From: Candidatus Rariloculaceae bacterium
GTDB taxonomy: Bacteria > Pseudomonadota > Gammaproteobacteria > Steroidobacterales > Rariloculaceae
Length of the DNA stretch: 64,000 bases
Direction of reading: 5' to 3'
Assembly: GCA_965221035.1 (NCBI GenBank)
Contig: OZ244860.1
Coordinates: forward strand, 1,184,687-1,248,686
Every line of letters starts with the position of its first letter. Within the stretch, counting starts at the first letter, position 1. Positions 13,906-25,766 of this stretch are shown here, in pieces. A program made the translations under genes and the position numbers. The notes under the pieces were generated by a model, which saw nothing but the letters and a program-made list of their open reading frames with translations, searched no databases and was not told the DNA's origin.

Positions 13906-14314
13906 CGATTCCCCGCGCCGCACGGTCCAGCACGGCGTTGACAAACCGGTGGCTATCCAGCGGTCCGTACCGTTTCGCCAGTTCCACCGCCTCGTTGATG
14001 ATGACCCCCGTGGGGATGTCGTCGCGCTGATGCAATTCGGCGAGTCCCAACAGCAGGATTGCCCGGCTCACGGGATCGGTGCTGTCGATGCTCCTGTCCG
14101 CCTGCGCCGCAATTTGCGCATCCAGGGACTCGGCGTCGCGCAGTACCACGGCCAGCAGTTCTCTGAAGTACTTCCGGTCCACGGACTCGCGACCGGGCAC
14201 CTCGATGAACTGTTCGCGAAGGTCGGCTTCGCCGTGCCCGGCCAACTGCCACTGGTAGAGCGCCTGGATCAGCAATTCCCTTGCTTCACGGCGGCGATGG
14301 ACTGGCGCCGTCAC
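13889..14314 (-). CDS. nusB: Transcription antitermination factor NusB
   Basis: 141 aa (RREARELLIQALYQWQL...INEAVELAKRYG). Canonical position after ribH. Confidence 0.9.
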   Translation of the reverse strand: MTAPVHRRREARELLIQALYQWQLAGHGEADLREQFIEVPGRESVDRKYFRELLAVVLRDAESLDAQIAAQADRSIDSTDPVSRAILLLGLAELHQRDDIPTGVIINEAVELAKRYGPLDSHRFVNAVLDRAARGIDGRAT

Positions 14315-14332
14315 TTGCGCTCCCCACCGCGC

Positions 14333-14806
14333 TCAGGTTGCCAGACGGCGGCGCAGATTGGCCATTTCGATCACGGCCAGCGCCGCTTCCGCACCCTTGT
14401 TGCTGGAGCCGGGGCCTGAGCGCGCACGGGCCTGTTCGATGGTGTCGACGGTGAGAATGCCGAACCCCACTGGAATCCCGTGCTCCAGGCTGACCTCGGT
14501 CGCGCCGCGGCTGGCTTCCCCCGCAACATAGTCGAAATGGGGTGTCTCGCCGCGGATGACGCAGCCGATGGCAACAAGACCGTCGTGACGGTGGCCGTCG
14601 GCCAGCAGCTTGAGAGCCAATGGAATCTCGAACGCTCCCGGCACGCGAACCAGGTCCAGTTCGCCGGCCTCCGCGCCGGCCTGGACCAGCGTCTCCACCG
14701 CCGCCTCCAGCAGGCGGTCGACAATGAAGTCATTGAATCGGGAGGCGACGATCCCGAAACGAAGTCCCCTGGCGCCGAGGTCGCCGGTCATCCCGTTGAT
14801 GTCCAT
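14333..14806 (-). CDS. ribH: 6,7-dimethyl-8-ribityllumazine synthase
   Basis: 157 aa (RFGIVASRFN...VPGAFEIP...IGCVIRGETPHFDYV). Confidence 0.93.
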   Translation of the reverse strand: MDINGMTGDLGARGLRFGIVASRFNDFIVDRLLEAAVETLVQAGAEAGELDLVRVPGAFEIPLALKLLADGHRHDGLVAIGCVIRGETPHFDYVAGEASRGATEVSLEHGIPVGFGILTVDTIEQARARSGPGSSNKGAEAALAVIEMANLRRRLAT

Positions 14807-14842
14807 CTTCTGTGTCGCTCGCAGCGTCCGCTGGTCGGGTGG

Positions 14843-15997
14843 CTAGTCTGCCGGCGCCTCGTCCGACAGGTACTCGACCACTTCCAGGCCGAATCCGGAA
14901 ATGGCGTGCATCTGCATGGGCGCGCTCAGAACACGCATGCGCTTGACGCCCAGCGCCCGGAGTATCTGCGCGCCGGTGCCGAAGGTCTTCAGTTCGCTGG
15001 TCCGGTCATGGGGGATCTCGTGCGCATGGCGTCCGCGCCCGAGATCCCTGATGGTGGACATCAGCTCCCTCGGGTCCTCGTTCCGACGAAGGATGACGAC
15101 CACGCCGCATCCCTCCCGGGCGATCCGTTCGATGGCGTTCCGCAACGGCCAACCCAGGCGGCTGTCCTGGATTCCGACCACGTCGCTCAAGGTATTCTGA
15201 AGGTGGACCCGCACCAGGGTCGGGGCGCCCGGCCGTGGCTTGCCGCGCACCAGCGCCAGATGCACGGTGGTGTTGATACGGTCCTCCATGCATACCAGTC
15301 GGAACGGTCCGAATTCCGTCTCGACCTCGAAATCCGCGATGGCTTCGACAGTTTCTTCCTTGGCCAGGCGGTAGCTGATGAGATCGGCGATGGTGCCGAT
15401 TTTCAGACCGTGCCGCCCGGCAAAGCGCAGAAGATCGTCGCGGCGGGCCATGGAGCCGTCCTCATTGAGGATTTCCACGATCATCGCCGCCGGCTCAAGA
15501 CCGGCAAGCCGCGCCAGGTCGCAACCCGCCTCGGTGTGTCCGGCGCGTGTCAGCACACCGCCGGACTGCGCCCTGAGGGGAAAGACGTGACCCGGCTGGC
15601 GCAGGTCCTCCGGCCGGGCATTTGGCGCGACCGCCGCCCGGATCGTACGCGCCCGGTCATGGGCGGAGATTCCCGTGGTGACTCCTTCGGCTGCCTCGAT
15701 GGACAGCGTGAAGTTGGTGCTTCGTCGCCGATTCGTCTCACTGACCATCAGCGGCAGACGCAGTTGTTCGCAGCGCTCCCCCGTCAGCGTGAGGCAGATG
15801 AGTCCGCGTCCGTAACGCGCCATGAAATTGACGTCGGAGGCGCACACCCGGCTGGCGGCCATGATCAGATCGCCCTCGTTTTCGCGGTCTTCGTCGTCCA
15901 GGATGACCACCATCCTGCCGTCGCGCAGGTCGGCGACAATGTCCTCGGTGGTGTTCAGCCCGGCAACCGCAGTTTCCTTGTTGATGGGAATGGCCAC
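14843..15997 (-). CDS. ribBA: Bifunctional 3,4-dihydroxy-2-butanone-4-phosphate synthase / GTP cyclohydrolase II
   Basis: 384 aa with the DHBP synthase block (DDEDRENEGDLIMAA, RAGHTEA) and a C-terminal GCHII-like half. Confidence 0.92.
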   Translation of the reverse strand: MAIPINKETAVAGLNTTEDIVADLRDGRMVVILDDEDRENEGDLIMAASRVCASDVNFMARYGRGLICLTLTGERCEQLRLPLMVSETNRRRSTNFTLSIEAAEGVTTGISAHDRARTIRAAVAPNARPEDLRQPGHVFPLRAQSGGVLTRAGHTEAGCDLARLAGLEPAAMIVEILNEDGSMARRDDLLRFAGRHGLKIGTIADLISYRLAKEETVEAIADFEVETEFGPFRLVCMEDRINTTVHLALVRGKPRPGAPTLVRVHLQNTLSDVVGIQDSRLGWPLRNAIERIAREGCGVVVILRRNEDPRELMSTIRDLGRGRHAHEIPHDRTSELKTFGTGAQILRALGVKRMRVLSAPMQMHAISGFGLEVVEYLSDEAPAD

Positions 15998-16045
15998 GAG
16001 TTTTCGATGTCCTCCGTCGGTCCGGGAGCATGAACCCCGTCCCGG

Positions 16046-16642
16046 CTATCGATGATACGACCGCAAACGCTCCAGGTAGCGGGCGACGATGTCCACTTCA
16101 ATATTAACAGTCCTCCCGAGCCGGTACCCCCGTATCACGGTCACCTTGCTCGTATGCGGGATGATGTTCACTTCAAAGGCGTCGTCGTGGACCGCGTTGA
16201 CCGTGAGGCTGACACCGTCCACCGCCACCGACCCCTTGCGGGCGATGTAGCGCATCAACGACTTGTCCACGCCGATGCGCAGCCCCAGCGACTGTCCCGC
16301 CCGCTCCAGGCCCGCCACGGTTCCGATCCCGTCCACGTGACCGGTGACCAGGTGCCCGTCCACCGTATCCTTGAGCCGCAGCGCACCTTCCAGGTTCACC
16401 GGATCGCCACCGGACAATTCGCCGAGGGTGGTTGCCGCGAGCGTCTCAAGAGAAACATCGGCCGCAAGGCGTTCCTTTCCGCAGTCCACTGCCGTCAGGC
16501 ACACGCCGTTCACGGCAACGCTGCCACCGACCGCCAGCGACGGCAGCGCTACGCCCCGGGTGTCAATGGTCAGACGCCGACCGCCGCCGCCGTCGACGCT
16601 GTCCAGCACTCGCCCGACGCCCGTTACGATTCCGCCAAACAT
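16046..16642 (-). CDS. ribE: Riboflavin synthase alpha chain
   Basis: 198 aa starting [10 protein letters not shown], with the duplicated lumazine-binding repeats (GGSVAVNGVCLT / GSVAVDGVSLTV). Confidence 0.92.
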   Translation of the reverse strand: MFGGIVTGVGRVLDSVDGGGGRRLTIDTRGVALPSLAVGGSVAVNGVCLTAVDCGKERLAADVSLETLAATTLGELSGGDPVNLEGALRLKDTVDGHLVTGHVDGIGTVAGLERAGQSLGLRIGVDKSLMRYIARKGSVAVDGVSLTVNAVHDDAFEVNIIPHTSKVTVIRGYRLGRTVNIEVDIVARYLERLRSYHR

Positions 16643-17724
16643 GCCGTGATCCGTATGTCCCTGTCCAGCTTGCGAATCTCCTGATACTCCAGATTGATAC
16701 GCCCTTCAAGACCCGCCAGAGGTTCGATGGCAAACATGCCCCGAGCGTCGGCGCCCAGAACCTGGGGCGCCAGGTAGATCACCAGTTCGTCGATCAATCC
16801 GGCTTCCAGCAGCGCGCCGTTCAACCGCGCGCCCGCCTCCACCCAGACCTCGTTGAATTGCAATTCCCCCAGTCGGGCCACCACCTTCGTCAGATCGCAG
16901 CGCCTCTCCCCCGGAGCCCATTCCACCTGCGCCCCCGCCCGTCGAAGCGCCTCGGCCGACCCCGGCGCCTTCCTGGAACCGAAAATCAGAACGTTGCCGG
17001 GCAACGCCAGCGTTCGGGCGGTCGGCGGCGTGCGCAGACCCGAGTCCACGATTACCCGCGCCGGCGGCTCGATGGGCGTTTTGGCGTCCGGAACGCGCGC
17101 ATCCAGTCGGGGATCGTCCGCGAGCACCGTTCCGACCCCCGTGAGCACCACGCTTGAGCGCGCCCGCCAGCGGTGCACGTCACTGCGGGCAGCTTCGCCG
17201 GTGATCCATTGGCTCTCGCCGTTGGCCAGCGCCGTGCGCCCGTCCAGGCTCGCGGCCAGCTTGGAGCGTATCAGTGGCCGGCCGCGAATCATGCGGGACC
17301 GGTAACCGGGATTCAGCGCCGCGGCGGAGGCTTCCGACACACCGACGGCGACGTCGATCCCCGCCTCACGGAGCCTGCGGATGCCGGTGCCGTCAACCAG
17401 CGGATTGGGGTCGGTGGCGGCGCACACCACCCGGGACACCCGGGCCGCGATCAGCGCGTCGGCACAGGGGCCCGTGCGGCCCGTATGGCTGCACGGCTCG
17501 AGCGTGACATAGGCCGTGGCGCCGACGGCGCGCTCTCCGGCGGCGGCAAGGGCCACCCGCTCCGCGTGCGGACCGCCCGCCCGCTCGTGCCAACCCTCTC
17601 CGACTACCCGACCTGCCTTGACCAGCACGCACCCCACCCGGGGATTCGGGTCCGCGGTGAACAGCCCCCGCCTCGCCAATTGCACGGCGCGGGCCATGTA
17701 TGCCTGGTCGGACTGCCCGCTCAC
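16624..17724 (-). CDS. ribD: Bifunctional diaminohydroxyphosphoribosylaminopyrimidine deaminase / 5-amino-6-(5-phosphoribosylamino)uracil reductase
   Basis: 366 aa with the deaminase zinc motif (HAE...[13 protein letters not shown]) and a reductase half. Confidence 0.92.
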   Translation of the reverse strand: MSGQSDQAYMARAVQLARRGLFTADPNPRVGCVLVKAGRVVGEGWHERAGGPHAERVALAAAGERAVGATAYVTLEPCSHTGRTGPCADALIAARVSRVVCAATDPNPLVDGTGIRRLREAGIDVAVGVSEASAAALNPGYRSRMIRGRPLIRSKLAASLDGRTALANGESQWITGEAARSDVHRWRARSSVVLTGVGTVLADDPRLDARVPDAKTPIEPPARVIVDSGLRTPPTARTLALPGNVLIFGSRKAPGSAEALRRAGAQVEWAPGERRCDLTKVVARLGELQFNEVWVEAGARLNGALLEAGLIDELVIYLAPQVLGADARGMFAIEPLAGLEGRINLEYQEIRKLDRDIRITACLAES

Positions 17725-18224
17725 TTCTCGTCATCCGGCAGTAGCGACATCTGTTCCCGGCCGCCCGGCAGGGGCAGCGACTGCAGACGCTCGACCTCCT
17801 CGCGAAACTCGGAGATGTCCTGAAAACTTCGGTAGACCGACGCGTAGCGAACATAGGCGACCTGATCGAGGCCACGCAGTTCCTCCATCACCATGTCGCC
17901 GATATACCGGCCGCTGACTTCGCGTTCCCCGATGATCTGCAAGCGCTGCAGCAGGCGTTCGATACTCGCTTCGATGGCATCGCTTTCAATGGGGCGCTTC
18001 TCCAGCGCCCTGGCGATGCCGGCGCGGAGCTTGGCCTCGTCGAAGGGTTCGCGCCGTCCATCGCGCTTGACGACCCGCGGCATGACCAATACCGCCGACT
18101 CGAACGTCGTATAACGCTCGCCGCACCGCAGGCACTCGCGGCGGCGGCGCACCTGGCGGCCCTCGGCGGCCAGTCTCGAATCGATGACCTTGGTATCTTC
18201 GTGATTGCAGAATGGACAATGCAC
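17721..18224 (-). CDS. nrdR: Transcriptional repressor NrdR
   Basis: 167 aa starting [17 protein letters not shown], with a zinc ribbon and ATP-cone. The 4-nt overlap with the ribD start is a conserved arrangement. Confidence 0.93.
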   Translation of the reverse strand: MHCPFCNHEDTKVIDSRLAAEGRQVRRRRECLRCGERYTTFESAVLVMPRVVKRDGRREPFDEAKLRAGIARALEKRPIESDAIEASIERLLQRLQIIGEREVSGRYIGDMVMEELRGLDQVAYVRYASVYRSFQDISEFREEVERLQSLPLPGGREQMSLLPDDEK

Positions 18225-18242
18225 AGCCGCCCGGGCTCTCCT

Positions 18243-19520
18243 TCAGAACGCGCCCTCGCGATAAACGGGGAAGCGGCGCGTGAGCTGCGAAACCCCCTCC
18301 CGCACGCGCCGCACCACGGCCTCCCTGGCCCGATCATCGTGCATCACATCGAGGATGTCGGCAATCCAGTGGCCCAGCTGGTCCGACTGCTCCTCCAGGA
18401 AACCGCGCGTGGTGACGGCCGGCGTGCCGATGCGCAGCCCGCTGGTGACCCGTGGCGGCAAGGGATCGTTGGGGACTGCGTTCCGGTTGACGGTGATGTT
18501 GGCCTGGCTGAGCGCGTCTTCGGCGTCCTTGCCGGTGATGCCCTGCCTGATGAGGTCGACCAGCATCAGGTGATTGTCGGTGCCCCCGGAAACGATCTTG
18601 TAGCCGCGCTCCATCAGCGTGGCCGCCATGCGGCGGGCATTGGCCAGAACCTGGGACTGGTACACCTTGAACTCCGGCTGCGCGGCTTCGGCCAGCGCCA
18701 CCGCCTTGGCGGCGATCACGTGCATCAGCGGTCCGCCCTGGGTACACGGAAAGACGTTGAAATTGAGTCGCTTGGCGAGTTCGGGATTCTCCCGCGCGAG
18801 AATCAGCCCGCCCCGCGGACCGCGCAGGGTCTTGTGGGTGGTCGTCGTGGTCACATCGGCGATGGACACAGGATTCGGATAGATGCCTGCCGCGACGAGT
18901 CCGGCCACGTGGGCCATGTCCACCAACAGGTAGGCTTCGACTTCGTCGGCGATGTCGCGAAATCGCTGCCAGTCCACCACCCGCGAGTAGGCGGAAAAAC
19001 CGGCGACAACCACCTTCGGCCGGTGCTCGCGGGCCAACCTCTCCACCTGTTCGTAGTCGATCTCCCCGCTGGCGGGGTCGACACCGTACTGCACCGCCTT
19101 GAAGAGCCGGCCGGAAAAACTCACCCTTGCCCCATGCGTCAGGTGGCCACCATGGGGCAGGCTCATGCCGAGCAGTGTGTCGCCCGGCTCCATCATCGCC
19201 AGGTAGGCCGCGATGTTCGCCTGGGACCCCGAATGGGGCTGGACGTTGGCGAAATCGGCGCCGAACAAGGACTTCGCCCTCTCGATCGCCAGATTTTCCG
19301 CGATGTCCACGAATTCGCAACCGCCGTAGTAACGGCGCCCCGGGTAGCCTTCGGCGTACTTGTTGGTGAGCACGGATCCCTGCGCGGCCAACACCCGGGG
19401 GCTGGCAAAATTCTCCGACCCGATCAGCTCGATGTGTTCTTCCTGGCGCCGGACCTCCCCCGAGATCGCCTCGGACAGTTCCTCGTCGAAACCTTGAATC
19501 ACATGAGTTGAATCGAACAT
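18243..19520 (-). CDS. glyA: Serine hydroxymethyltransferase
   Basis: SHMT blocks ([34 protein letters not shown]). Start moved to the ATG at 19520 ([12 protein letters not shown]); the longer track ORF is an upstream extension. Confidence 0.95.
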   Translation of the reverse strand: MFDSTHVIQGFDEELSEAISGEVRRQEEHIELIGSENFASPRVLAAQGSVLTNKYAEGYPGRRYYGGCEFVDIAENLAIERAKSLFGADFANVQPHSGSQANIAAYLAMMEPGDTLLGMSLPHGGHLTHGARVSFSGRLFKAVQYGVDPASGEIDYEQVERLAREHRPKVVVAGFSAYSRVVDWQRFRDIADEVEAYLLVDMAHVAGLVAAGIYPNPVSIADVTTTTTHKTLRGPRGGLILARENPELAKRLNFNVFPCTQGGPLMHVIAAKAVALAEAAQPEFKVYQSQVLANARRMAATLMERGYKIVSGGTDNHLMLVDLIRQGITGKDAEDALSQANITVNRNAVPNDPLPPRVTSGLRIGTPAVTTRGFLEEQSDQLGHWIADILDVMHDDRAREAVVRRVREGVSQLTRRFPVYREGAF

Positions 19521-19593
19521 GGGTCGGCGTCCATCACGGGTGGATTGGCGGGGGGCGTGCGCATTGTAACGCCTATGTGGGGCCAGTTTCCGG

Positions 19594-20562
19594 CTACAGG
19601 AGTTCCCGAGCCGAACCGGGATCGGCGAATCCCTCCACCAGCCGCGTCCACGCCCTCGCCAGGTTGTCGCGATTGTAGCCGCCGGCGCCCATGCCGAGGA
19701 TGCGACCGTCGCAGAACCGGTCCGCAAATTCGCGCAGGCGGGCGGCGGCGTGACCGTGGGCATGCTCGGTGTACTGCAAGTGCGTGATGGGATCCCCGGC
19801 CAGGGAGTCGGCACCGCCCACCAGCAGCAGCAACTGCGGTCGCGCGTTTTCGATGTAGGCCTCCACTTCGCTCCAGGCCTGGAGGAAGGCGTCGTCGTCC
19901 GACCCCGGCGGCATGGGTATGTTCAGCTTCGTTCCTTCCGCGGGGCCGCGACCGGTTTCGCTCCGGGCGCCGGTTCCTGGGTAGAGGAATCGGCCGTCCT
20001 CGTGAATATCGGCGAACAACGCCCTGGGCTCGGTTTCGAATCCGTAGAACACGCCGTCTCCGTGATGCGCGTCGATATCCACGTAAGCCACCCTCTCCAA
20101 CCCGTAAACGCCCATGGCCACCTCGATGGCAACCCCGGCATCGTTGAAGACGCAGAACCCGGCGGCGCGGTCCCGCGCGGCGTGGTGAAGCCCGCCGATC
20201 GGGATGAATGCGCGCGGTATGTCGCCCTCCATGATCGCCGTCAGGGCTTCGAGCGTTCCCCCGACGGCGTGAGCCGCCGCTTCGTAGACGCCCGGATAGG
20301 CGGGCGTGTCGCCGGCGTCCAGCAGCCCATGACCCCGTTCCGAGAGTTCCCGGACGCGATCGACGTAGGCGGCGGTGTGGAAATGTTCGATTTCCGCACG
20401 TTCCGCCTGCCGTGACGGCCGTTGGACCACCTGCGGCGAATACGTTGATCGGGCAAGTTCGGCCATGAAGACGTCGTGGCGATCCGGGCCGAAGGGATGT
20501 CCGCCGGGGAAACCGTACTTCGCCAGTTCCCTGTCACTGATCACGATGACCTGGTCCGCCAT
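19594..20562 (-). CDS. Histone deacetylase-family amidohydrolase (AcuC/acetoin-utilization-like)
   Basis: HDAC-fold motifs ([21 protein letters not shown]). Start at the ATG at 20562 ([10 protein letters not shown]). Confidence 0.8.
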   Translation of the reverse strand: MADQVIVISDRELAKYGFPGGHPFGPDRHDVFMAELARSTYSPQVVQRPSRQAERAEIEHFHTAAYVDRVRELSERGHGLLDAGDTPAYPGVYEAAAHAVGGTLEALTAIMEGDIPRAFIPIGGLHHAARDRAAGFCVFNDAGVAIEVAMGVYGLERVAYVDIDAHHGDGVFYGFETEPRALFADIHEDGRFLYPGTGARSETGRGPAEGTKLNIPMPPGSDDDAFLQAWSEVEAYIENARPQLLLLVGGADSLAGDPITHLQYTEHAHGHAAARLREFADRFCDGRILGMGAGGYNRDNLARAWTRLVEGFADPGSARELL

Positions 20563-20602
20563 GTTTTCAACCTCCCGCTTGATCCGCTTCCGCCGATGCC
20601 GG

Positions 20603-23600
20603 TCAGGCGTCTCCTTCCACCCACCTCCGGGCATTGACGAACAGTCGTTGCCATGGAGAGTCCTCGCCCCACTCGGGCGGGTGCCACGAGAACTGCACCG
20701 TGCGGAAGACCCTTTCCGGGTGGGGCATCATGATCGTCACCCGGCCGTCCCGGTTGGTCAATCCCGCGATGCCCCGGGGCGAGCCGTTGGGATTCGCGGG
20801 ATAGCGTTGCGCGGGCTCGCCGCGGTTGTCCACGTAACGCACGCAGGCAAATTCCCGCTCGCACGCGGCCCGGGCGTCTTCGGAGGCGAACTGCGCGCGC
20901 CCTTCGCCGTGCGATGTGACGATGGGAATCCGCGACCCCGCCATACCCGCCAGCAGCAGCGAAGGACTCGGCTCTACCCTCACCAGCGACAGGCGGGCTT
21001 CGAATTGGTCCGACCGGTTGCGTACGAAGCGCGGCCAGTGATCGACGCCGGGTATCAGGGATTGCAGTGCGGACAGCATCTGGCACCCGTTGCAGACGCC
21101 GAAGACGAATACGTCGTCGCGCCGGAAAAACGTCTCGAAACGTTCCCTGACCGAATCGTTGTGGAGGATCGACTTGGCCCAGCCCTCGCCCGCGCCCAGC
21201 ACGTCGCCGTAGCAGAAGCCGCCAGGCACCGCCATGCCCCGGAACCCGTCCAGACCGATGCGGCCCGAGAACAGGTCCGTCATGTGCACGTCGTAACTGT
21301 CGAATCCCGCCCGGTGGAATGCCGCGGCCATTTCGCGCTGGCTGTTCACACCCTGCTCACGGAGGATGGCGACGCGGGGACGCCGGTTGCGGCGGCGCCG
21401 GTTGCTGGGGCGCCGGTTGCCGGGGCGCCGGTCATCTGAATGTCGAGGGCCGTCGAGGTCTTCAAGTTCGAAGCTCAGGACGGCGTTCAGGCCCGGGTCA
21501 TCCTCGTCGAGGAGCCCATCGTACGCTTCCTGGGCACATTCCGGGTTGTCGCGCAGCCGCTGCATTCGATAGGTCATCTCGGACCAGCGCCGATGCAGGT
21601 CGGTCCGGGACAAGAGGAACAGCGTCTGCCCGCCGCGCGTCACGACCACATCGCCGTGCGTCCCGACGCGGGCGACCACCGCTGACGACCCCAGTCCGTG
21701 ATCCGCCAGGACGGACTGGACTTGCGCCAGGTCCCGGCGGCGGATCTGGACCACGACACCGGGTTCTTCGTTGAACAGGTACTTGAGTGCGTCGGCGTCG
21801 GCCGGCAGGTCGATCTCAAGTCCCGCGCGGCCGGCAAAGGCCATTTCGACGAGCGTGGCGAACAGGCCGCCGTCGGAGCGGTCATGGTAGGCCAACAGCA
21901 GACCGTGGCGGCGCAGCTCGCGCTGGGCCTGGAAGAATGCGATCAGGCGCTGCGGATCGTCCAGATCGGCCGCGGGCCCGCCGAAACGTTCGAAACTCAT
22001 CGCCAACGCGGACCCGCCCATTCGCTGCCGGCCGCCGGCGAGGTCGATCAACAGCAACAGGGAGTCGGCTTGCGCCGCATCCAGCTGGGGAGTCAGCGTG
22101 CGGCGCACGTCCGTGACCGGCGCAAAGGCCGACACGACCAGCGACACCGGGGCGGTGACGGCCCGATCCTCGCCCCCGGCCCGCCATTCCGTGCGCATGG
22201 AAAGCGAATCCTTGCCCACCGGCACTGCGATGCCAAGCTGCGGGCACAGTTCCTCGCCCACGACCCTGACCATCTCGAACAACGTGTGATCATCGTCGCC
22301 GTGCCCGGCCGCAGCCATCCAATTCGCCGAGAGCCGCACGTCGGTGAGCCGCTCCACATCCGCCGAGGCGATGTTGGTGAGCGCTTCGGCAATCGCCAGC
22401 CGAGCCGACGCGGGCCCGTCGTAGACGGCCACCGGGGTCCGTTCGCCCATGGCCATGGCCTCCCCCGTATGGCCCCAGAAGCCGGACATCGTCACCGCGG
22501 CATCGGCCACGGGGACCTGCCAGGGGCCGACCATCTGGTCCCGCGAAATCCTGCCGCCGACGGTACGGTCGCCGATGTTGATCAGGAACGACTTGTCGGC
22601 CACGGCGGGAAACGACAAGACCCTATCGACCGCCTCGGCCAGCTCGACGCCGCTCCCGTCCCAGGGCTCGGGAGTCCGGCGCGCGGGCGAAGCCTCGCGG
22701 GTCATCCTGGGCGGTTTCCCGAACAGCACATCCAGCGGCATCGCCACCGGTTCGTCGCCGAATTCGTCATCCACGACCACCAGGTCGCGCCTGGCGGTCA
22801 ATTCACCGACCAGCGCATACGGACAGCGCTCGCGCTCGCAAATCCGCTCGAACGCCTCCACCGAATCGGCGCGCAGAAGCATCACGTAACGCTCCTGGGA
22901 CTCGTTGCACCACAACTCCATCGGGCTCATGCCGGGATCGTCATTGGGCACGTCACGCAGCCGGACCACGGCGCCGCAATGACTCTGGTGGACGATTTCC
23001 GGAATGGCGTTTGAAAGTCCGCCCGCGCCGATGTCGTGGATGGAGAGGACGGGGTTGGCGTCGCCCAGCGCCCAGCAAGCGTCGATGACTTCCTGGGCGC
23101 GCCGCTGCATCTCCGGATTGCCGCGCTGGACGGAGGCGAAGTCCAGGTCTTCCTTGCCGGCCCCGCTACCGAGTGAAGATGCCGCCCCGCCTCCGAGCCC
23201 GATCAGCATCGAGGGCCCACCGAGCACAACCAGATGGGACCCCGGGGGCGCACGCAGCTTCTCCACCTGCGATCCCCGGATGTTGCCGACCCCGCCGGCG
23301 ACCATGATGGGTTTGTGATAGCCCCGCCACGCGTCCCCCGTGTCGATCAGGCAGGTCCGAAAATAACCGGTGACGTTGGGGCGGCCAAACTCGTTGTTGA
23401 ACTGGGCACCGCCGATCGGTCCCTCCAGCATGATTTCCAGCGGCGAAGCGATCCGGTCCGGTCGCCCCGGCTGATTGCGTTCCCAGGGACGCTCCCAACC
23501 GGGTATCTCCAGGTGAGAAACAGTGAAGCCGGTCAGGCCGGCCTTGGGCGCGGCGCCCCGTCCCGTGGCGCCTTCGTCTCGAATCTCGCCGCCCGATCCT

Positions 23601-24541
23601 GTGGCCGCGCCGGGAAACGGCGAGATCGCGGTGGGATGATTGTGCGTTTCCACCTTCATGACCAGATGGGCCGGTTCGACCACCTGGCGGTAGCGGCCGG
23701 AACGGGCGCCGGGCATCCACCATGCCGCGGGCGGCCCTTCCACCACGGCGGCGTTGTCCGCATAGGCGGACAGGACGCCGTCGGACGCCTTGGCATGGGT
23801 GTTCTTGATCATGGCGAACAGCGACCTGGACGCCGGACGGCCGTCGATCAGCCAGTCGGCGTTGAACACCTTGTGCCGGCAGTGCTCGGAGTTCGCCTGC
23901 GCGAACATCATCAGCTCCACGTCCGTGGGGTTGCGGCCCATTTCGCCGAACTGCTCGGCGAGGTAGCGGATTTCACCCGGGGACAGGGCCAACCCGAGTT
24001 CGCGGTTGAACGCCGCAAGCGCCCGTTCTCCCCCGCCCAGCAGATCCACCGTAACCGACGGCCGCGGGCGGCTCCGCTCGAACAGCGAGGCCTCCATGGC
24101 CACGTCGGTCACCACGGATTCCGTCATGCGGTCGTGGAGAAGGGGCAGCAGGCGCTCGATCTCCTCGTCGCCAAGTGGCCGGCCCAGTTCGAGCCGGTAG
24201 GCTCGGCCCCGCTCCAGCCGACGCAGGGGAAGGCCGCAGATCCCGGCGATCTCCGTGGCCTTGGACGCCCAGGGCGAAATGGTCCCGATTCTCGGCACTA
24301 CAACGAGCTCAAGATCGCCCGCGGGCGATTCGCCGGGCATGCCGTAGGTTAGCAGCGCATCCAGCACGCCACGCTCGGTAGCCGTAAGCGGACGCGGACT
24401 GAGGGCGAAATGCAGGAAGCGGACCGTCACGCCGCGAACGGCATCCACGCGGGACCGCAGTTGTTCAAGCAGCCTTTCAAGCCGGAATCGGGTCTCCGCC
24501 GCCGGCCCCGGTAAACGCAGGATGGTTGCGGATTCAGTCAA
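20603..24541 (-). CDS. purL: Phosphoribosylformylglycinamidine synthase (large single-chain form)
   Basis: 1312 aa with FGAM synthetase blocks ([26 protein letters not shown]) and a C-terminal glutaminase domain ([13 protein letters not shown]). Contains an Arg-rich repeat insert before the glutaminase domain. Confidence 0.95.
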   Translation of the reverse strand: MTESATILRLPGPAAETRFRLERLLEQLRSRVDAVRGVTVRFLHFALSPRPLTATERGVLDALLTYGMPGESPAGDLELVVVPRIGTISPWASKATEIAGICGLPLRRLERGRAYRLELGRPLGDEEIERLLPLLHDRMTESVVTDVAMEASLFERSRPRPSVTVDLLGGGERALAAFNRELGLALSPGEIRYLAEQFGEMGRNPTDVELMMFAQANSEHCRHKVFNADWLIDGRPASRSLFAMIKNTHAKASDGVLSAYADNAAVVEGPPAAWWMPGARSGRYRQVVEPAHLVMKVETHNHPTAISPFPGAATGSGGEIRDEGATGRGAAPKAGLTGFTVSHLEIPGWERPWERNQPGRPDRIASPLEIMLEGPIGGAQFNNEFGRPNVTGYFRTCLIDTGDAWRGYHKPIMVAGGVGNIRGSQVEKLRAPPGSHLVVLGGPSMLIGLGGGAASSLGSGAGKEDLDFASVQRGNPEMQRRAQEVIDACWALGDANPVLSIHDIGAGGLSNAIPEIVHQSHCGAVVRLRDVPNDDPGMSPMELWCNESQERYVMLLRADSVEAFERICERERCPYALVGELTARRDLVVVDDEFGDEPVAMPLDVLFGKPPRMTREASPARRTPEPWDGSGVELAEAVDRVLSFPAVADKSFLINIGDRTVGGRISRDQMVGPWQVPVADAAVTMSGFWGHTGEAMAMGERTPVAVYDGPASARLAIAEALTNIASADVERLTDVRLSANWMAAAGHGDDDHTLFEMVRVVGEELCPQLGIAVPVGKDSLSMRTEWRAGGEDRAVTAPVSLVVSAFAPVTDVRRTLTPQLDAAQADSLLLLIDLAGGRQRMGGSALAMSFERFGGPAADLDDPQRLIAFFQAQRELRRHGLLLAYHDRSDGGLFATLVEMAFAGRAGLEIDLPADADALKYLFNEEPGVVVQIRRRDLAQVQSVLADHGLGSSAVVARVGTHGDVVVTRGGQTLFLLSRTDLHRRWSEMTYRMQRLRDNPECAQEAYDGLLDEDDPGLNAVLSFELEDLDGPRHSDDRRPGNRRPSNRRRRNRRPRVAILREQGVNSQREMAAAFHRAGFDSYDVHMTDLFSGRIGLDGFRGMAVPGGFCYGDVLGAGEGWAKSILHNDSVRERFETFFRRDDVFVFGVCNGCQMLSALQSLIPGVDHWPRFVRNRSDQFEARLSLVRVEPSPSLLLAGMAGSRIPIVTSHGEGRAQFASEDARAACEREFACVRYVDNRGEPAQRYPANPNGSPRGIAGLTNRDGRVTIMMPHPERVFRTVQFSWHPPEWGEDSPWQRLFVNARRWVEGDA

Positions 24542-25298
24542 TGGGAATCCATCCGGAGGACCGGTCCTGTGCCGCGATATGCAACGGATAGTCTCGGCAC
24601 AGGCTTTGGGCCAGCGATTCTCGGACCCGTTCCGGCGTGTTGTTCTTGCCGCTGAGGTGCAGCGCGGCGACCCACTGCAGTCCCGGGTGTTCGACTTCGG
24701 CCAGCAACTGAGCCGCCTGATCGTTGCTCAGGTGTCCCAGCGACGAGGCGATGCGGGCCTTCACGCTCTCCGGATAGGGCCCCCGCTGCAAGGACTCCAG
24801 GTCGTGGTTGAACTCCACCGCGATCGCGTCGCAACCCTGCAGGCGCCTGCGGATATGCGGGGTAATGTGGCCGGTGTCGGTCAGCACGCCGAGCTTCCGC
24901 CCCCCCGCCTCGAACGCGAACTGGGCCGGCTCGCGCGCATCGTGGGGCACCGGAAAGGGCCGCACCGTGATCGAGCCGAATTCCAGCGACTCGTCGCTTC
25001 GGAGGCGGTTGAGTTGCGGGAGCTCGCTTACCGCCGGACTCATGGCCGTACCCGGTGTCATCCATACGGGCACGTCGTGGCGGGAAGCGAATGTCGCCAC
25101 GCCCCGGATGTGGTCGGAGTGCTCATGGGTCACCAGCAGCGCGGAAACGTCCGCCGGCCCGCAACCCAGCGTTTCCATCCTGCTCACGGCGGCCTTGAGG
25201 CTCAATCCGCAGTCCACCATGAGCAACGTGGAGCGGAAGTTCACGAGTATGGCGTTGCCCCGGCTGCCGCTGCCCAGGGAGGCGAATCGCATCGTCAC
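24534..25298 (-). CDS. MBL-fold metallo-hydrolase
   Basis: 254 aa with the HxHxDH motif ([11 protein letters not shown]). Its stop overlaps the purL start by 8 nt. Confidence 0.8.
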   Translation of the reverse strand: MTMRFASLGSGSRGNAILVNFRSTLLMVDCGLSLKAAVSRMETLGCGPADVSALLVTHEHSDHIRGVATFASRHDVPVWMTPGTAMSPAVSELPQLNRLRSDESLEFGSITVRPFPVPHDAREPAQFAFEAGGRKLGVLTDTGHITPHIRRRLQGCDAIAVEFNHDLESLQRGPYPESVKARIASSLGHLSNDQAAQLLAEVEHPGLQWVAALHLSGKNNTPERVRESLAQSLCRDYPLHIAAQDRSSGWIPID

Positions 25299-25327
25299 CG
25301 GCCGGCGCCCTTGAGCGACACGTGCCG

Positions 25328-25678
25328 CTAATCTCCCGGCCCGCCTCGGCCGCCTTCGCCCTTCGGCGTGTAGATCGGCATGGGAAACTGGGCAATGTTG
25401 CTGCCCTCCGCATCGCTGATCTTGCTCACGCCCTGCTTGTCCACCTCATCGATCCGCAACACGGAATGCATGGGGAGGTAGGTGCGGGTCACGCCGTCGA
25501 ACTCGCTCCTGATGCGCTCTTCGGAAGGGTCCACAACCACCCCGGAGCGCGCGTCGAACACCAGTTTCTCCACCTCCACGAAGCCGAGAAGGGCACCGTG
25601 ACTGACACTCCCGGCGTAGATCTCGTAGACCTTCCCCTGGTTCATGAATATGACCTTGTAAAGGGGTTTGGCAGCCAT
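25328..25678 (-). CDS. DUF1820-like small conserved protein
   Basis: About 116 aa from the ATG at 25678 (MAAKPLYKVIFMNQGKVYEIYAG...). Family assignment is from memory of this pattern only. Confidence 0.55.
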   Translation of the reverse strand: MAAKPLYKVIFMNQGKVYEIYAGSVSHGALLGFVEVEKLVFDARSGVVVDPSEERIRSEFDGVTRTYLPMHSVLRIDEVDKQGVSKISDAEGSNIAQFPMPIYTPKGEGGRGGPGD

Positions 25679-25766
25679 GAATCCTTGTCGGGGGGAGTCT
25701 CTCAGGATCGAAAGCGGTGGTGAGCTTAGCACAAGTTCGAAACCCGTCAACGCGATTCGCGCTCGC

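Noticed and set aside
14480-16033. 517-aa ORF on the + strand
   Set aside because: Antisense to ribH and ribBA, which are clearly real.
14807-16045. FMN riboswitch in front of the rib genes
   Set aside because: The intergenic gaps within nrdR-ribD-ribE-ribBA-ribH are 0-48 nt, too short for an FMN element, and no conserved FMN-riboswitch core is visible.
19521-19593. ZTP (pfl) riboswitch upstream of glyA
   Set aside because: The region is only 73 nt and lacks the conserved GGGUCG...CCGCCUGGGCA-type blocks. It looks like a plain promoter with a TACAAT-like -10.
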